Below are positions 63,531 to 64,000 of a stretch of DNA of 64,000 bases, piece by piece. The stretch covers positions 13,385,480-13,449,479 of the forward strand of contig OZ316894.1 of NCBI GenBank assembly GCA_973895155.1. Direction: 5' to 3'. The position numbers were made by a program, and so were the translations under genes. Every line of letters begins with the position of its first letter. Within the stretch, counting starts at the first letter, position 1. Source of the stretch: Marsupella aquatica (lineage: Eukaryota > Plantae > Marchantiophyta). Below the pieces are notes generated by a model. The model did not search any database, had not been told where the DNA came from, and was given only the letters and a program-made list of their open reading frames with translations.

Positions 63531-64000
63531 CATGCCAAAAGCTTTGTCCTTGTGCGGATTTCGGCTTAGACGGGCATAATCTTCATTAGTTTTGAGGGTT
63601 CGGGCAAGGAGGGATGTGCAAACTGAACCTCGTTCCCATAATCTAGCGCTAAGTGCGCCTATTCCTACTCATAGAAACGTCATGGGTATTGTTTGAATTC
63701 CGCCGCCGGAACATACCTTAAGTCAATAGCTGGATCGACCCCAGCTTAAGGGCTTTTAAGCTTTCATACTGTCCGCCTCCCATCCGAATCCAATGATACG
63801 GGTATCCAACTTGGGCTCGCAACCATTATCCGCAGTCTACACCCCGTGCACGGCTTGGATGATGCGTTTGGCCAAGCATTCTCTACCCGTATACGATATT
63901 CATACATGCAACTGAACTCACACCCATACAATCTCGGTTTACACAAAGGGAATGGTGGGAAAAGACTTTACTTCAGAATCCGTCATACACATATACACGG

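Overview
Eukaryotic plant nuclear DNA, most likely a marchantioid liverwort (inferred from the phototropin N-terminus and the TE families). The left end holds the 5' coding exon of a phototropin gene (minus strand) with a Ty3/gypsy solo LTR upstream. The rest is a transposon nest. (1) An 11.4-kb Mutator-like DNA transposon (6693-18140, 9-bp TSD CATCAGGTT) encodes a GCM-like/DDE/SWIM transposase and, divergently, an intron-containing ParB-like + beta-class N4/N6 DNA-methyltransferase-like gene. It carries about 19 copies of a 15-bp palindrome, TAGCGCCNGGCGCTA, and is the main candidate for a novel system. (2) A Ulp1 protease fragment and LINE fragments. (3) A full-length L1-like LINE (13-bp TSD) with a Ty3/gypsy element nested in it, whose 5' LTR is reduced to a 95-bp fold-back. 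(4) A young non-autonomous Bianca-like LTR element with identical 142-bp LTRs carrying a BBR/BPC retrocopy. (5) A 19-kb CACTA element with TnpD/TnpA-like genes, an EDM2-like PHD gene starting with an H3-tail-like peptide, and a ~578-bp satellite array. (6) A copia integrase fragment. All domain calls come from motif recognition by eye; no database searches were run.
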